64,000 nt of DNA from Tubulanus polymorphus (taxonomy: Eukaryota; Animalia; Nemertea). This document shows positions 37,031-49,074 of this stretch, in pieces. How positions within the stretch are numbered: position 1 is the stretch's first letter; the number at the start of each line of letters is the position of its first letter. The position numbers and the translations under genes are program-made. The stretch lies in assembly GCF_964204645.1 (NCBI RefSeq), contig NC_134032.1, forward strand, positions 5,940,275 to 6,004,274. The letters run 5' to 3'. The notes beneath the pieces are model-generated. The model searched no databases. It had not been told where the DNA came from and saw only the letters and a program-made list of their open reading frames with translations.

Positions 37031-40000
37031 AAGGGGTTTCTCATAAATTTGGCAACTTTATATGTGTTTGGGGTGAATAGTGACATTAGTCTTGGAATGT
37101 GAATTTGCGACCATCGAAAAACCAAGTCTAATTTGACTTGAGTATGAGTACTGGCAAAAATAATAAAGCTCTTTATGTATTTTTGGCACTGGGAATAACT
37201 ATCCTGGTAGATCCTTCGTACCGGTAGATCTCACGTCTGCGTACATGATATCTTGCGAAGCGGAATACCAGCAGTGTGAACACGCACCACAAACGGGTAC
37301 CTTAATATTATGGTGCAGAATAGACATAACGATTGCGTGACTTATCACAGCCACAAATATGGGTGTAATTTAATCATACAAGTACTCCTCGGGTTGAGAG
37401 ACTTGTTGAGAGCTTTTTAATCATATTGCTGCGCCCACCCTGAACAGACGAAATCAATGAATGTCACTTTTTCGTATTTGACGTAAACTAAACGTCATCT
37501 TTTACCTACTTCATATCGGTGACGTCTAATTTGTCTTGTCGGGTTTCCCCTATTTCCTAAGCTAAAGGCTGCCCGGCCATTCCTCCAGAAATCACGCTGA
37601 TCCGTTAATTATATTTTTAGCAATGGTCGCTCAACGTTTTTTGAATTTTTTCAAGACGATGTTTTGAGGCATATCCTGGCTAGCTATTTCTACGTGCATC
37701 ATTGTCTTGCTATGAACTAGAGACTGCCGGTTCAATAATAATCAGTTAAGATTTGATGTATATGACTCATTTTAACTCAAGGCTTTCTCTGACTAAAGTT
37801 CGTGTATTGTAATTTTCAATTTTTATTCTTGATAAGAATCTTTTGTAATGTGTCGATAATGTTCCACGTCTGAGTCTGACTAATTTTCTGTCCCAAAATA
37901 GGTATGATTTCCCATCTTATCTATTTGATATAAGGTTTTCCGTTGATTGGTGTGTCCCTTTACACTCCATCACACCTGCCGGGTAAAGGGATACCGGTGT
38001 CCCAGTGAAGCTGTTTATATGATAGAATCATCAGGTTCAAATTTGGTCAGTCAAACATCCCACGAAACGCCAGTGCACGTGCATATTATGTACACGCCAT
38101 CTACTGCCAATTTCAGGAATATACTGGGGTTTTTAGGATTTATATTCGGGTGAAATGAGACCCTGGATCCGAATAAAATTGTTATCTTTACCATAAGAAA
38201 CCATTCCTCCGTGTACACGCCAAGTTTTATGACCGAACAACGAATAGATTTCGTTCGCACAAACTGGTTATAAAAGACGACAGTTCCCCCTTTATAGTAT
38301 AGATTAACATAGAACGTATATGATGCTATATTCACAATGTCTATCATTGTTTGGTTGTATATGTATTATTGAAGGAGTCATTCAGTTTACCCGGAAGCCA
38401 CTACTACGCAGAGTTCAGATTTAATTTATTGCTCCAGAAATTATACAATTTTTTCGAGCACAGGATACAAAAAATAAACAATTTACAGTTATTCAATCAA
38501 GGTTACTCCAGTTACATTTATAATGTACAGTGACAGTTTCTTCTTCTATACGTATCATTATACACGCAATTAAAACGTGTGTGCACAGCGATGACTAGTA
38601 GCAAAAATCATTTACCCGATAAAGCTATTTATCATACACCAGTTGTGAAAGCTCTCTTGGTTTCTAACGATTTCGGGTAACCTTTTATGGCAAATACAGA
38701 ATTTTTGTCCACCCAGTTTAATGTACTAAATGAATTCGGCGAAAAATTACATACTAAATCACGTGATTATTCTAAACGGCGAATCAGTGTCCGCACTGAA
38801 ACCGCCTAAAATGTGTCACCCCATGGTCTCCAGAATATTATCGCTGGCGAATTATACGACGAACGATTCGCCGAATAAATTTCGCCTTCTCTATCACGGG
38901 CTTAAGCCAGAAAAACATATTTCTTTTGACTCCCGGCGTGGCATGATATAAACAATATTACAAAGTTTTTGCGGAGATATCGATGATACATCGAAGTTCG
39001 AGTAGACATCGGCAATATCCTGTCCGCGCTCGCTTAACACGAAACACTAAAACAATAACTCGATATTCTTTAAGAGCGCCATAAATATTAGAAGGAACGC
39101 TTAATTTGATGTGTTCGCGTTGTAATGAAATAGCGCAAGTGATCATCCAGCGATACAGTCAATGTTTGTTACATTGAATCCATGCCGTACGTAATTTCAT
39201 TCGAAAATTTATGGCAAGTGATTGCATAAACGCCGGAAATTAGTCGTAATTTCAAATTATGGTGCGTGCTTCTATGTATAATCGATAAAAACGTACCTTT
39301 AATCACGATTATTTGTTGCTACAAGCGCAAGTGCTCCATAGTTTTAATGAGAAAAGTCAATGGAGAAACAAAAGTATCTGTATGACAGGGAAAGGCGTTG
39401 TTTTTCCATTGACATTACTTATTTACGGGAAGAAGCTACTCCATGTGGCAAAAGCTCGTGAGATCCGCTATCCTACGCAGTACTCACTCCGCCCGTTTAC
39501 TCATATTTTACCCGGTGAAGCTCTATTCACTAACAAAAGCTCATGATTTCTTACAAAATCGGTTAATCTACAGAATACTACTTGTTTTGACGTTCATTGA
39601 TTTGATACCAGGTTAACACGGTTCCTATACAACTATGACCTATAAATGCAGTCAAATTAGTTTAAGTCTTCGTGCGAAAAGTTGTAACATTAGTGAAGTT
39701 GTCTTTTTTGAGTCGCTATGTATATTTTACATTTGCAATCCGATTCACTGTCAAAATGTGAGTGATTTTTTGGTTAAATCGTCACATTACTGAAAGTCGT
39801 CTCTATTTTAAAGTCAATTTGTATTTCCAATTTAACTTACTACTTGTAGGGGTAAGTTGACATTGTGAAAAGACGTCACATCATTGAACTCGTATCTTTT
39901 TTGAGTCTGAATTTGAAATGCCAACTCACAATTCACTATGTATGTGTTAGTCGTCATTTGGATGTCATCGCATTGCTGGAGTCCCAATTCGTATTTCCAA

Positions 40001-40773
40001 ATTAATTTACTGTTTGTGTAGATCGTCATTAGTTGCCAACATAATGATTGTCCAAACTACGACGACTTGAATTTCACTAGGAGTTAGATTTCGTTACAAA
40101 AAAATTTCTATTCTACATTCTCAATGCGTTGTGCAGTTTTTACTTTGATAACGAATAAGTTAGAAGAAACGTTGAGCTAATTGAAATAAGTGCCTTTGCA
40201 CGAGGGTAAGGCAGTTATACCGTCATTACTCTATAGCCGTGAGGCATATTTTATTAAATTCTAGAACAAGAAAGAACCACGCTTGGTTGTGTATTCGTTT
40301 GTTCTCTTCGGGTATTTCTGCATTTGAAAACGTGATTAAACACAGAAGACCCTTACGCACTTTTTTAAAGAATGTACAAAATATATGGTGTATCAGATAG
40401 GTGGGTGTAGAAAACTTTCTTGTTTCACACCAATGTGAGTTAGGTGGAAAAAAAACACATTGAAACCCAATTTTCGCAAAACTTTTCTTTCTGAAGATAC
40501 TGTGCATGCTGTTTCATTTTACGCATTCGATTTCTATATCATAGAGAATTGATCTCTATATTAAAAGGATCTGACGTGTTCTAACAGATTGGCAAATTTC
40601 TTTTAGCATTCTCAATGCGTTTTAAGTCATAATTGAAATGAGAGGGATTTTACAAACGAAAAGGATTAGGTGGAAAAATGTAATAACAATAATCAAGGAG
40701 GTTTCTGAATTGGCAGGAAACCCTTATGATAGACTCAATATTAACAATGGTTTTTTCGTTTAATTTTTCAGGT

Positions 40774-41163
40774 ATGTATAGCAAAAACAGAGTGCTTACT
40801 TCACTGACAGCTGCCGCATGCATTTTACTGATGTGTCTCGTCTCGGGCGAATCGAAGCCCGTCGCCGGGGAATTCTTCGAGTTGCTACCCCCGGAATTCA
40901 AAGCCGGCTCGTCTGGGAATGGTCCGTCTCCGGACTTGTACCGCCAGGTGGCGCTTCTAGCTAAAGTCCTATTGAACGACAACAAACTGCGGAAGTCGAA
41001 TAACGATGACGTAAAACGGTCAGACGGTAGTTTATCAATTGTCGGTTCGCTAGATGCCTTGGCGGACATGATTTCAGCGCAAGAAGCCAAGAAACTGCAA
41101 AATCAGTTAAAAGCAAACAAAATGAGATTGATGAGATTGGGCAAGCGAAACATCGGCGAGTAG
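40774..41163 (+). CDS. CRH/DH44/egg-laying-hormone (ELH)-family neuropeptide precursor, main coding exon (129 aa from ATG 40774)
   Basis: Strong acceptor TTTTTTCGTTTAATTTTTCAG|G at 40771/40772 and a hydrophobic signal peptide (VLTSLTAAACILLMCLVSGES-KP). KR precedes SDGSLSIVGSLDALADMISAQEAKKLQNQLKANKMRLMRL, followed by G-KR. The SLSI..L..L motif and C-terminal N...L..L-amide match CRH/DH44; LADM matches molluscan ELH. GC is higher than in the flanks. Confidence 0.92.
   Translation: MYSKNRVLTSLTAAACILLMCLVSGESKPVAGEFFELLPPEFKAGSSGNGPSPDLYRQVALLAKVLLNDNKLRKSNNDDVKRSDGSLSIVGSLDALADMISAQEAKKLQNQLKANKMRLMRLGKRNIGE
41020..41139 (+). other. Predicted mature 40-aa amidated CRH/DH44/ELH-like peptide
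   Basis: Bounded by K81-R82 and G123-K124-R125 of the precursor (convertase and amidation signals). Confidence 0.88.
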
Positions 41164-41432
41164 CTGCAGAGAGCAAGTGCACTGCTCTTCATTAGGTCTG
41201 GAATTCGGATATTTTAAGCGATTTGGATATTATGGTTTTTCAAGTACAAAAAAAGTTCTAAACGCAATATTATAACGAGATATTTAAGAATAGACTAACG
41301 GATGGACTGGAAAGAATTGATGAACAAATTGAACACGCTTTATTTTAATCGCTTTTTGTATTACCATTTCGATAAGAAATACAATTCGTATCATGATCCT
41401 TTTTATTATTATAATCGTTTTGTCGGGAGCGA

Positions 41433-41438
41433 AATAAA
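41433..41438 (+). terminator. Candidate polyadenylation signal of the neuropeptide gene
   Basis: First AATAAA, ~270 nt after the stop, at the end of an AT-rich UTR-like tract. Confidence 0.6.
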
Positions 41439-41523
41439 CGATTGAAGATTAACCTCATTATATAACTCAATGTCATTGTACCGTCTAAGATATTCTAAGT
41501 TAAGTTGTGGGGGTGATGCACAG

Positions 41524-41782
41524 AGCTGCGATCTGAACGAACGGAACCGCGTTCACACTGGTGCTAAATGGGTACTTGCCAAATTTGGGCTACAAGCCCC
41601 TGCAAATGATTGTATGTGTATATTTTCTGGTTCTGGAAGTGACTTACCTCACTTTCCACGGCGTCGTTTAGATAGCGTTCAGCATCGAGTGAGCGATATG
41701 CGTGTGTACGCGCAATTTATTTTGATTTGGCTCGGGTCTGATCCAGACCCGAGCCAAATCACGTCTCCGCGCGATTGCGGCT
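41524..41782. mobile_element. Diverged MITE family A-like copy
   Basis: Degenerate TIRs AGCTGCGATCTGAACG / CGCGCGATTGCGGCT and GCCAAAT subterminal motifs. Confidence 0.6.
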
Positions 41783-43439
41783 GTAGACTCCCCCTTACCC
41801 GGTACCGGGCAAATCGGTAAACCGCTCTCAAGCTGGAGCGAGTTTTGCTATGATTGTTTTGGAAAAGACTTCCTTCGCCCTGATTCTGATCACGATAAGC
41901 GGTCAACCCTACCAACCATGTGAGGCGGAGTGTATGTACATGACCTTGGAAACCTATTGGCTAAGCGAAAATAACTAAAATGACGACTCATTTTTTTCGA
42001 TCCCACTATTATGGTTGTAAGCTTCTCATGAAATAAAAGAAAATATCTCAATCCGACCCCACTATTCGATTTAAGTTTCATCTAAAAGATATCACGATTA
42101 TGATCACGGTATGATTATTATCGGTATTCAATAAGGAAACATCAATTAACTACCTGTTTATTTTTCAACGATTCAATCTGAAATCAAACATTCAAAAATT
42201 TTCCCAAATTATCTGGAATTCTACAAGAGAATCAATTGTTAAGAAGAACGATTATGAAGTTGCATTGAAATTACGCGCAATCGTCGTGGATCGATTTTTA
42301 CATAGAGACCTTTATACAACTTGATTACGTATTCGTAACTTCAGTAAAAAAAACATTATACGCATAGTAGACCAAAGTGAAAATTTCCAAAAATGATGAA
42401 AACGTTACAAACCAATACAACCATTTTTCATGCATTTGATTTCACGAAACCTCTACGAGCAACATTAATTCAATCGCCGTGAACGCCATCAACGACATCA
42501 GCGGCTTTGAACCTTCACTATCGCCACTGTCCCTATAAGTCTTTTAAATATTTCTATAATAATCTTTTCCCGAGAAATTGAAACAATTTTTATGTAAATA
42601 CATTTATAAATACAAGTAAAATATGTGCCGATATCAATTGAAGGAACCCAGAGAAGCAAATTGCTTGTAAATTGGCGCACGCACATACGCACACTCATTC
42701 GTTACAAGCATACGAACATTCACACACAGACACATGGACACATAATATAGGAAAACATTACAGAAAAAATTGTGTGAGGATGTACCGAAGGTTCATTGCA
42801 TTGGTTAATTTAATTCTATTTTCACTAATCTTCAGCACGATACCTAGCCGATGAAACAAGGTATCATTTTGTTGCCTTGGCCACAGTCCCATTCTATCCG
42901 AGTTAGACGAGGTTTCTTATACCTGAACCGAATGTGCAAAACGGAATTTTCAATCATGTGTTTTAAACGGCGTGTGATGAGATTGATGATGAATTTGTAT
43001 CGTGCGGTTAGGAGTTAATATAAGACGGCAGTATTACGCCCGCGGCGTTCAGGAATAACAAGAGCGTTTCAGACAAAACATCAAAACACTCAACTTCAAA
43101 TAATTAAGGGTACGGACTGAACATGATAACATAATGCATTTTATACCGTGTTCATAGTCGGATCCAGACGATAGCACAAGGAGCACGTGTTACCGTTGCA
43201 ATTTTCCCGTGCCCGTGCAATTTCATCTGTTATCTCTCGCTCCAGTGCCTGGATGTTGTATTAAAGAATGCAACGCAGATCTGAGTTAGAGTTGGTTCGG
43301 AGTTAAGATTAGTTCATCAGTTATTGTTAAGTCAAATATCAACCTACAGCAACGACACTAGGACCTGTTTTGGTTTGGCGCTAGCTCGGTTTGCCCCTTT
43401 TGATTTATTGTGCTCCTGTCAAATATTGCCCCTAAATCC

Positions 43440-43570
43440 ACCGCTTCCATCCTCTCTCGGCTGGGATTCGAACCTGATGGCATCGAGACTCGCCCGAACC
43501 TGATGGCATCGAGACTCGCCACGGTATGAAACCTGCCACTATTGACCGAATGCGTAGCTACACGCGCAGC
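43440..43570 (-). mobile_element. tRNA-derived SINE head with a 26-bp internal tandem duplication
   Basis: Minus-strand B-box GGTTCGAATCCC; CGAACCTGATGGCATCGAGACTCGCC occurs twice in tandem; no complete cloverleaf. Confidence 0.5.
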
Positions 43571-43717
43571 TTAGATGATATCATTATTAGCAATCCAGGT
43601 TTATTTCAGCCCGGAATTTTCCATTTATCTACCGTGAAACGCGCCTAAGCGATTATATAACGAGCAATCTGATTGGTGTCGCAAGTTTTCGTGCGGGAAA
43701 CACGCATGCGCCTGTGC

Positions 43718-43860
43718 ACCCGGTCTAGTGTGGTAGGGGTTCGTGCCGTGACTGAGTGTATCGAAATAATCAGGTTCGAATCTCTGCCGGGGAGAATGGC
43801 TGTGTGTTTTGTCATCGAGTCTGATGTTGACATAAATTAACAAATGTATGTGAATACATC
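43718..43860 (+). mobile_element. tRNA-derived SINE-like element
   Basis: A-box-like TAGTGTGGTAG and B-box GGTTCGAATC; another B-box-bearing head lies on the minus strand at ~46240-46320. Confidence 0.45.
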
Positions 43861-44177
43861 GGAACCTCGTTAGAACTGTTAGGGAGCATTTATAAATTGC
43901 GTACCTCTATTGGGGGAGGGGGGTTACTGAATTTTGGTACAAAGTGGTACATGGGGAGGGGGTCAGCAAAAAAGGCACGTACTTTGAGGGAGGGGATATT
44001 AATCAATCTTGGTACCTACTTTATGCACCAAACTCAAATGAAAGTAGCTGATACTGGTGTTTTATCGGCTTTTAGTACTAGGTATATAAAATCAACATAC
44101 AACAATGCTTGCTAATTAATTCTTTTGTTGTGTCATTTATTTCATATCGGTCATTTGTTCTATGTGTGCATCGTATA

Positions 44178-44232
44178 ACCTACGAGCAATTATCTAAACA
44201 ATTATGATAGGTTTAGATAATTGCTCGTAGGT
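44178..44232. repeat. 55-bp hairpin element (22-bp perfect arms)
   Basis: ACCTACGAGCAATTATCTAAAC ... GTTTAGATAATTGCTCGTAGGT; a collapsed copy interrupts BEL integrase at 57882-57911. Confidence 0.8.
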
Positions 44233-44741
44233 ATAACAAGATGTCGAGGTACTAGGAGTTTATATCGGTTTCTGGTACCGGTATCGATCTTTCACGCACA
44301 AGGGTGGTGCAAGGGGGAGGGGGTCAGAAAAAATCTCCACCTATAATGTTGTGGGCATTATCCACCCGTGTCGCGGTAACTATATGTCATGTACCAGTGT
44401 TGGCCTTGTCGGGGGGGGGGTTGTCTGGGGGTCCCCCAAGAAAATTTTGAAAATTTATGTTAAATTTAATACAATTTTAGTGCATATTACAGCTTTAAGT
44501 TCTCGACACGCGCCTGTCGTTGTTCCATTCTGACTGTTCGCCAGTGTTGAACTGTGGGGGTTGTCTCGCCGGTTCCTCGGCCTGCTTCTTCCTCAAGTTA
44601 GATATTAGATACAAACAATTCTTTCTAGTATTGATCACGCTCTATTGCTCGATACGTTCTTAAGACTCGTCGTATTAGTGAGGTTTTCATTGTAACTAAG
44701 TAATACGATTCGTGCTAACTTGGTTCGACTGTAACAAATAT

Positions 44742-45019
44742 AGCCGCGATCACACGAGCATTTTTGGCCCGGGCCAAATTTGGCCCGACCAAAAACGTCG
44801 GACCAGGACGGTGCCTAATTTTAGCACCAGATTAATGATTGCGTTTGAATTGCAACTGGCACCGGAAATGATCCACATCGCTTTGTTTGAGCATTGTTGA
44901 GCATCGAGTGAATGGTTTGCGTGTGAACGCGCTTTCTAATTAGGCACAGGCCAAATTTGGCCCGAGCCTGATTGGTGCCAATTTGGCCCGAGCCAAATCT
45001 TCCCCATGTGATCGCGGCT
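44742..45019. mobile_element. MITE family A, best-preserved copy
   Basis: TIRs AGCCGCGATCACAC / GTGATCGCGGCT with repeated GGCCCGGGCCAAATTTGGCCC motifs. Confidence 0.9.
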
Positions 45020-45235
45020 TATATCGTCAATCCTAGACGAATCAGCTCCGTCACGTCTTTTAATATTTGATTTGATAGATAACTTTCTTTTTGATATCTT
45101 AGATTTGTATAAAGTGGGTTTTGATTCTACTTTCTATTCCCAACGTCTGGGTATACTGTTCTATAGGACTGTATTTAACATTTTGACAAACTAAAGCGCT
45201 CCTCGATCTTTAACGATTTAATGCTATCACAGTTA

Positions 45236-45455
45236 GGCTAAAAGAAGTTGATACCTTGTTTCTCCGCTCTCTTGAGCTTAAAAGTTGACCCGGCCGGCCG
45301 TCTATCTACTCCATACATAACCTTTTTTTTAATCGTGATCAATTTTACCGTAACAAACCCGGCCGCTATAGAAATGAACTGTTTACAGATTTTATCATAT
45401 TTTACAAAAATGACCCGGCCGCTGCGGAGAAACAAGGTATAATTTTTGTTTAGCC
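45236..45455. mobile_element. MITE family D copy
   Basis: Inverted homolog of 27799-28019; TTA on both flanks. Confidence 0.9.
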
Positions 45456-47257
45456 TTATAGTTAAATCAAGAAGAACAGAACACATCACTGCTGCTAAAA
45501 TATATCACAACTGGAAAACTAACGTCGCGTCCTAGATGGCTTTTCATGACTTGTGGCTAAACAGGAAAGAAAAGAAATAAAAAGAATAAGTGCAATAAAC
45601 TATACGAAGATCCTCGGTACAAGACAATTCGAGATAATTCAATTTCGAAATAAAACAAGGTGAAGAACAGAAAAAAGTCCTGTGATATCACAAATCATAC
45701 GAAAGGTCCAATGTCAGATTCGTTATAGAACAATAATGGTTAGACAGGTCTAATTAACGTATGTCGGCAATACAAACAAAATGAGCATAAACTTGTAAGT
45801 TGTCCCTGTCGCGAGTCTCGTAACTGTAACTTAAGACACTTGAAATTCCATTGCGCCGAGAAAGGACTTGTGATATTTTAAGAAACAATGTCTGTAAGGA
45901 AGATCAATAATCGCACATTTTCGACGTTCGAAACGAAAATCTATGCAAAACACGATAAAACATCGGATGAACTTGAAACCAGCTTACTTGTGAAGCGCCA
46001 GCACGCCGGTGAATGGATAAAGTATCGCCTTAGAATATGCTGCAATAAGATTACGAAATGAAAACAATAGAGCCTCAAAAAGACAGAAGTCTCGAGCGAG
46101 TTTTGAAACACAATCCCAATTTTCCATTGGTCACTTGATAATAAATCTGTTGTGTTGGCAACATACAGACACAGTATATAACAATCCTCCTCAGAGTTAT
46201 GCTATAAGCCCGGTTTCGATAGGTCAATGCCATCTTAGCCCGCCAAGGGATTCGAACTCACTAAGCTAAAGCCATGCTTGACCTCGCGAGTCGCTGGAGT
46301 CGATACTAGCCGACCAGAATCCGGTCGTGCCAATCACAGCGATTGTAACGAACGACATTAGGCTTCTGTAGGATTCCCCGTTTAATGGACCAATCATCGA
46401 ACGTTTTACCGAACAAGGAAGTTTTTTGGAAGTCGATATATGACGTCATGCGCAAAAGCGTCAGTAATGAATCGTGCGTCGTGAGGCCAGGGGGCTGGTG
46501 GAAGCAAAATTACATTGGTAGGGCCCATCCCATATTTTCCCAAAATTTGCCCTTAAATGCCCGGAATTATAATATTCAGGATTCTAACTTTTTTTCTACA
46601 AAAAGCATCGCCAGAAAACTCTTGGAAATAACAAGATTTTATAAACATTACTGATGAGCATGATCACCAGCAATATCGGGGGTTTTCAATTTAATTCCGA
46701 GGAATTTTGACAGTGCCAGTTAATAACTTCGAGGATATATCCTTTTTGAATGCATTTCAAACTCTTTTTGTAAATTTATGTTGGTTTAAAGAGCGCCATC
46801 CGTTTACTTAAGTAAAGAAGCCCTTAACAATGTTTGTGTGTGCATGTCAACCAAATTAATTTGAAACTACAACGGAATTTGATATTCCGGGTCTCCAATT
46901 CAAATTGTTGTTACTCGGTCTCTATTAAAATATAGATATGAGGATTCGTTTCTCTATATATTTATATTACAAATTTACTTCCACTGAATGGCCCATTTTC
47001 TTATGTTTTAAATGTGCAGGGTACACCTTGGATAATCCGGCCTGGGACCAGTACGGCAGTAGCCTTAGTCTAGATCCTTTATTATATGAATTCTATGGTA
47101 TAGATATACTGTTCAAAACTTTTATATTGTCTTAAACATGTTTTACTACGCAGCTAGCATATACGTAAATGTAAAATCCTGTTATTTGCGATGAAGAAAT
47201 GTGACGAGAAAGTAGAAAATAGCAGTATGAAGAATTTAAACGTCTCCCCGTCAACCA

Positions 47258-47284
47258 ACCCGTCGAAGACGCGTATGCTGCTAG
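47258..47284 (+). mobile_element. Helitron-like 3' terminus
   Basis: ACCCGTC-GAA-GACGCGT hairpin, then ATGCTG-CTAG|T. Confidence 0.55.
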
Positions 47285-47932
47285 TTGACTATAAATAACT
47301 TATCGTTTTGTTAGTCTTTTACATCCTAGACCGGTGTGATATACCAATAAGGTCTGCGGACAGGGTTTGTGCCGGTATGAGCTTCGACAGAAGACAATAC
47401 GCCCCCTGCTAGCGAGGATGCTTTAGGATACTCAAGTTACTGAAGAAATGTAACAACAATCGCATATTTTGGCTATCATATTAAAATCAGCATGTATTCA
47501 ATATGTATCTATTTCTTTAAATTTGAGTAAGAACAGAATTCTGGGTGGAATAGGCGTACAAAAAGCAGTCAAGGCGCTGTTGGGAATCGACAGATTCATG
47601 ATGAATTCCGTGAAATAAGCAATTCGAACTAGTCATAGCGTTCTGCAGGAGGGAAGTCCTAGGAGTGATAAGTCGGTCCGGCGAGTCACGGGAACATCAA
47701 TTCACATATGAAATTGACGTCCAATGATTATTATAAAAACAATACCACCAACAAGAACCATCGCTTTTTATGACATCAGTTGCAGTCAGTCTTCATTGAT
47801 GTATTTGGTAGGTCTTTTCAATTGACTTAATCGGTTTACTATCGGCAACGACGAGATTCGTCTAAGTAGTACATTACTTGTATATAATGACAGTATATAA
47901 GACAGCTAAATAATACACGAAATTAAAGGTGA

Positions 47933-48963
47933 TCAAGCGACGCGATCCACGATTCTGGTTGTCACGTAGTAACTAAAAATGACACCAAAACACGCAAACA
48001 TAGAAAGTTTCGAATTCCTGGCGTTTACAAGAGGAAGTGGGTTTCTAGACCTCAGAACGAACATAACAACTAGCTTGTTGCTTTCTTCTGCAATTTCTAT
48101 CCCCATAGACCGGTTCCATTCCATAATTGATAGGCTATTTAATAAAAGTCTTGACTTAAAACTAAAATACTGGTCTTTATGGGCGAAGCAGCGTCAATAC
48201 AAATGGACGAGATTAAATTCATGGATGGATAACGTTGAATTAAGAAACATCGAGTTTCCAACGATACGCGTGGCGTTGACAAATCGAATGTATCTACAAA
48301 TTAGGCATTATTGTGAACATCACTTGTTATAATTACTTTGAAATAAACCCCAGATAATTACAAGATTTTCTTATATGCCTCAAAGAATATAAGACGGAAC
48401 GAATCAAATTTGAAATACCGATGCTTATGAATACCTTACATATGGTTGTATGGAAACATCTAAAGCGAATATTGTCTCGTAATTTTCTGATCTGCAGCAA
48501 CTGAAAACCAGGAATAATTGAATTCACCGCACAGATTTTGTGCTAATGCATGAATACTAATTTCTGTACCGAAAGCTTGCCTAAAATAATACTAATAAAC
48601 GCATAAGATAACATTGAAATTATTAGATTAATCCATCGATAGTTTCTAGTTTTAGACGCAATAAATCCAAACATATTTGTTGCAATAACCAGGTGAATTG
48701 ATGATGACAGTCTTACAGTCGCTAGTTGCCACATCGCCATCGTAAAACTGTCCATAATCCATGACGGTTACAACGTGCAATATGTAAGATACAGGAGGGC
48801 GTCCATGAAAGTTCGAATCAGTATCGTTAGCCATAAAGCAGCAAAAGCAAAAGGGTACAAATTGGAATTTCGCAGCCGATCCATTGATCACCGTACAAAG
48901 CAACTGCAAAAGAAATGGTAAGGCATCTATCGAACCGTCAATTCTATATACCGCATATGCCAC
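47933..48963 (-). pseudogene. Decayed intronless multi-pass membrane protein, probably gustatory-receptor-like (Grl/7TMIC)
   Basis: Collinear minus-strand frames with few stops and frameshifts give successive hydrophobic helices. They end in LVVMFVLRSRNPLP...MFACFGVIFSYYV, resembling the Gr/Grl TM7 motif (MF..R...G.I.TY..V). Confidence 0.5.
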
Positions 48964-49074
48964 AATTTTTTTAACAGCACTTTAAGTTTCAACGCGAAAT
49001 GTCACCTGGAATTTAAGATAAAATTGTTTGGTTTTTTTTATTCAATAAAATACGTTTTTAAATGACGGACAACC

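Noticed and set aside
40726-40773. N-terminal MIDSILTMVFSFNFSG of the 145-aa ORF call
   Set aside because: It overlaps a polypyrimidine tract and AG acceptor, so it is intronic; the signal peptide begins at or near ATG 40774.
40650-41182. Minus-strand ORFs of 146 aa and 73 aa
   Set aside because: Antisense shadows of the GC-richer neuropeptide exon.
43440-43800. Possible tRNA genes (GGTTCGAATC boxes; also ~32990 and ~46250)
   Set aside because: No complete cloverleaf or acceptor stem could be formed; better explained as SINE heads.
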